Sequence record: DRR378314_172
Strand: one strand, 5' to 3'
DNA: 62,115 nt
Shown piece by piece: positions 58,926 through 62,115 of this stretch (positions are counted from its first letter, which is position 1; the number at the start of each line of letters is the position of its first letter). The notes beneath the pieces were generated by a model. It saw only the letters and a list, made by a program, of their open reading frames with translations. It had not been told where the DNA came from and did no database searches. A program made the position numbers and the translations under genes.

Positions 58926-60428
58926 ATGGACATCCTGAACTCCCTCATCGGCGGCATCGCCGTCGCGGTGACGCCGCTCAACCTCGCGCTGGCGGTGTTC
59001 GGCTGTTTCGCCGGTACACTGATTGGCGCGCTGCCCGGGCTTGGCCCGGTTAATGGCGTGGCGATCCTGATCCCCGTCGCCTTTGCCATGAAACTCGAAC
59101 CCAGCTCCGCTCTGATCATGCTGTCCTGCATCTATTACGGCTGCATGTACGGCGGGCGGATCAGTTCCATCATGCTGAATATCCCCGGTGACGAACCTGC
59201 AATCATGACCACGCTGGATGGCTATCCCATGGCCCGGCGTGGTCAGGCGGCAAAGGCGCTTGGCATTTCCGCTGTGGCCTCATTCGTCGGCGCAACGGTT
59301 GCCACACTGGGACTGACCTTCTTCGCACCACTGCTGGCCAAGGCCGCAATCCATTTCGGCCCGGCCGACTATTTTGCGCTCTACGTCATGGCCTTTGCCA
59401 CCATTGGTGGGGTCACTGGCGTGAACCCGTTCAAGACGCTGCTGGCGGCCATGATCGGCCTTCTGCTGGCCAGTGTTGGTCTGGACCCCGGAACCGGCAC
59501 CGCCCGCTTCACCTTTGGGTCGTTCCATCTTTACGACGGCTTTGATCCGATCGTCGCCATCGTTGGCCTGTTCGCGGTCAGTGAAATCATCATGTATTTC
59601 GAAAGCCATGCCCTCTCCGGAGCAGGGCCGGTCAAACTTGGTCGGACGCTGCCGCGATTGCGTGAGGTATTCGAGGGCTTTGGCGCATCGATCCGAGGCG
59701 CCTTGATCGGCTTTGTCTGCGGCGTCCTTCCTGGCGCAGGCGCATCACTCGGCGCATTTGTGTCCTATAGCACGGAGAAGCAGCTGAACGATAAGAACGA
59801 CACATTCGGAACCGGTGACCCCCGCGGCATCGCCGCACCCGAAGCCGGCAACAACGCAGCCTCCGGTGGCGCTCTTATTCCGATGCTGACACTGGGTGTT
59901 CCCGGCAGCGGCACGACCGCCGTGATGCTGGCGCTTTTGGTCTCACTCAACATCCAGCCGGGTCCGCTGCTGTTTGAACGCCAGCCCGACCTTGTCTGGG
60001 GGCTGATTGCAGCGCTCTATCTCGCCAATGTCGTACTGCTGCTTCTGAACATTCCAATGGTGGGCATATTCACCCGCCTGCTGTCGCTGCCCCAATGGTT
60101 CCTGATGCCGGTTGTGGTGATGGTCAGCTTTATTGGCATCTATTCGATCAGCCATTCGACCTTTGACCTGTTTGTGATGATCGGTTTTGGCCTGCTTGGA
60201 TATGCGCTTCGCAAATTCGATATCTCCCTGGTTCCGGTGGTGCTGGGCCTTTTGCTGGGGGCAGATATGGAAAACAATCTGCGACGAGCCCTGTCGATCT
60301 CCGGCGGCGATTTCAATATCCTCCTGCAAAGTCCGATCGCTCTGGCGATCTATGCCTTCACCGCACTGATGTTGGCGTTTTCCTTTGGGATCGCGATGCG
60401 TCGCCGCGGGCCACGTTCTGCAAAATGA
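58926..60428 (+). CDS. tctA: Tripartite tricarboxylate transporter large membrane subunit
   Basis: GALPGLGP, YGG.ISSI.LNIPG, APEAGNNA, LTLGVPGS. Confidence 0.95.
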   Translation: MDILNSLIGGIAVAVTPLNLALAVFGCFAGTLIGALPGLGPVNGVAILIPVAFAMKLEPSSALIMLSCIYYGCMYGGRISSIMLNIPGDEPAIMTTLDGYPMARRGQAAKALGISAVASFVGATVATLGLTFFAPLLAKAAIHFGPADYFALYVMAFATIGGVTGVNPFKTLLAAMIGLLLASVGLDPGTGTARFTFGSFHLYDGFDPIVAIVGLFAVSEIIMYFESHALSGAGPVKLGRTLPRLREVFEGFGASIRGALIGFVCGVLPGAGASLGAFVSYSTEKQLNDKNDTFGTGDPRGIAAPEAGNNAASGGALIPMLTLGVPGSGTTAVMLALLVSLNIQPGPLLFERQPDLVWGLIAALYLANVVLLLLNIPMVGIFTRLLSLPQWFLMPVVVMVSFIGIYSISHSTFDLFVMIGFGLLGYALRKFDISLVPVVLGLLLGADMENNLRRALSISGGDFNILLQSPIALAIYAFTALMLAFSFGIAMRRRGPRSAK

Positions 60429-60503
60429 CATGCAAGCGCCCGCATTGCGGGCGCCTACCAATTTCCACCTGTCAGCGGAGCCACGCCGCGCTATGGTGCC
60501 CCG

Positions 60504-61703
60504 ATGACACGCTCCTTTTTTCTCGACAATCAAACCGCCCGTCGCCTGTTTCTGGACCGACATCTGTTGCTGCAACAGAGGTCCGGCGCTGGCAAAGGCG
60601 CGGATCTGAACCGGGTCCTTGATGATCTGGGCTTTGTCCAGATCGACAGCGTCAACACGCTCGCCCGCGCGCATGACCTCATCCTCTGGTCTCGACGCGG
60701 CCAGTATCGCCCGCGCGCATTGGAGCGTCTGGTTGCAAATGATCGCTCGGCCTTCGAGCACTGGACCCATGACGCGGCGGCTATTCCGATGCAGTTCTAC
60801 CCGCAGTGGCGCCTGAAATTCGCCCGCGATGAAGCGCGCATGCAGCGGCGTTGGCAGGACGGGCGCCGCCCCGGCTGGACCTCCGAGATCGACACCGTTC
60901 TGCGCCATATCTCCGACCATGGTCCGACCTGCTCCAAGGATGTCGGAGACGGTGAAAAGAAGGGCTCATCCGGGTGGTGGGACTGGCACCCCTCCAAAAC
61001 CGCGCTGGAATTCCTCTGGCGATCCGGCAGGTTGGCCATTTGTCACCGTGTGGGCTTTCGCAAATTTTACGACCTCAGCGAACGGGTCATCCCTGCTGAA
61101 ACCTTGAACGCACGACATTCAGAGGCCGAGATCGTCGATTGGGCCATGTCCGCCGCCCTCGACCGGCTTGGCTTTGGCACCAGTGGGGAATTGGCGGCCT
61201 TCTTCGACATCGTGACCCGCGCCGAAGCCAAACACTGGTGCGCCGCGGCATTGGCTTCGGGGCAGATCGTCGAGGCCGACATCGAACAGGCCGATGGAAC
61301 CTGCCGGCGGAGTTATACAACGCAGGCTCTGCTTGCGCAGGCCGCTGAGCTGCCCAGCCCATCGACACGCGTGCGCCTCCTGTCACCCTTTGACCCGGCG
61401 CTGCGTGATCGCGCCCGCGCCGAGCGCCTGTTCGGATTTCACTACCGGATCGAGATTTTCGTCCCCGAAGCCAAGCGGCGCTACGGATATTATGTGTTTC
61501 CGGTTCTGCAGGGGGATCGCCTGATCGGCCGGATCGACTGCAAGCGCAGTGGCGAGGTGTTGCAGGTGCGTGCCTTCTGGCCGGAGGTTGGCGTCGCGAT
61601 GGGCAAACAGCGGCGCTCCGGGCTGATCGCAGAGCTGGACCGCGTGCAGAAACTGGCCGGAACCGAGGTTGTGCGCTTCGCCGAGGACTGGCTGCGCTGC
61701 TGA
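60504..61703 (+). CDS. YcaQ/AlkZ-family (HTH_42) interstrand-crosslink DNA glycosylase
   Basis: FVQIDSVN (QxD motif), FEHWTH, GWWDW, LLSPFDP, YRIEIFVPEAKR.YGYYV. Confidence 0.88.
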   Translation: MTRSFFLDNQTARRLFLDRHLLLQQRSGAGKGADLNRVLDDLGFVQIDSVNTLARAHDLILWSRRGQYRPRALERLVANDRSAFEHWTHDAAAIPMQFYPQWRLKFARDEARMQRRWQDGRRPGWTSEIDTVLRHISDHGPTCSKDVGDGEKKGSSGWWDWHPSKTALEFLWRSGRLAICHRVGFRKFYDLSERVIPAETLNARHSEAEIVDWAMSAALDRLGFGTSGELAAFFDIVTRAEAKHWCAAALASGQIVEADIEQADGTCRRSYTTQALLAQAAELPSPSTRVRLLSPFDPALRDRARAERLFGFHYRIEIFVPEAKRRYGYYVFPVLQGDRLIGRIDCKRSGEVLQVRAFWPEVGVAMGKQRRSGLIAELDRVQKLAGTEVVRFAEDWLRC

Positions 61704-61808
61704 AAGCGCGCTTGGGAATTCCAGTTTACCGACAACGGTCGCCGTGCCGGGGCCATATCGGGATGTCGCGCGACCTTGGTGCATGATACCCCCGAACGCC
61801 GCCCGCCC

Positions 61809-62115
61809 TTAATGAAAGTCCCGACTTGGGAACAACCGTTTGGCCTGCTCTCTCGGGTGCCGTGCACTGGGGCCGGTGTTCTGTTTGCGCGGCGCATCAT
61901 CCGCCTGCGGTTGCGTTATGCCGACCGCATCCTCCAGCGGGTGGCCAAGCTCTGCAAGCTTGTAGGACATGTCGGCAATCTCCTGGGCGATCAGATGCAC
62001 GATGATCCCCTCGCGCTGCAGGTAGCCCCGCACTTTCAGCAGCCGCCCCCCCATCACAATCCGCCGAAACCGCTCATAGACCTTTGGCCAGACGACCACA
62101 TTGCTGACGCCGGTT
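61809..62115 (-). CDS. dnaE2: Error-prone DNA polymerase DnaE2/ImuC, 3' end (runs off the right edge)
   Basis: OB-fold segment VVWPKVYERFRR...GYLQREG.IVHLIA and the ImuC-specific C-terminal SRDFH motif. Confidence 0.9.
   Translation of the reverse strand, partial: TGVSNVVVWPKVYERFRRIVMGGRLLKVRGYLQREGIIVHLIAQEIADMSYKLAELGHPLEDAVGITQPQADDAPRKQNTGPSARHPREQAKRLFPSRDFH

Overview
GC-rich alphaproteobacterial DNA; gene content and an intergenic repeat type suggest Rhodobacteraceae/Roseobacter group (inference), possibly a chromid or plasmid. Left half: a type VI secretion system (T6SS) locus. It has a partial autotransporter-like gene transcribed away from a DUF6931-like gene-tagH-tssA-tssB-tssC-hcp-tssE-tssF-tssG-clpV run, followed by a probable Tme/Tmi-like membrane-disrupting effector-immunity pair. 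Next is an ~8 kb block of envelope accessory genes: a membrane-anchored M23+lytic-transglycosylase fusion, a pseudo-caspase/peptidoglycan-binding protein, DUF1036, a disordered exported protein and exbB-exbD-exbD with a TonB-like protein whose C-terminus is not TonB_C. Two of these proteins end in the same GVFR tail. A class Ib ribonucleotide reductase operon (nrdHIEF) with a cobalamin riboswitch and NrdR boxes separates this block from a vgrG-PAAR pair. Right half: three catabolic clusters of unknown substrate. (i) CysE-like/VOC/M20/LysR/dehydrogenases/DUF3100 transporter. (ii) A sugar-type ABC transporter, two SDRs, an M24 hydrolase, TPP-dependent E1 alpha/beta, a split E2 and an ALDH, next to a winged-helix/solute-binding-protein fusion with a tandem palindromic operator. 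(iii) CoA transferase/HMG-CoA lyase-like/GntR/TctCBA. The window ends with a YcaQ-like DNA glycosylase and the 3' end of dnaE2. The best candidate for an undescribed system is the T6SS-embedded ExbBD/TonB-like and peptidoglycan-remodelling module. All family calls are by-eye motif recognition; no database search was run.
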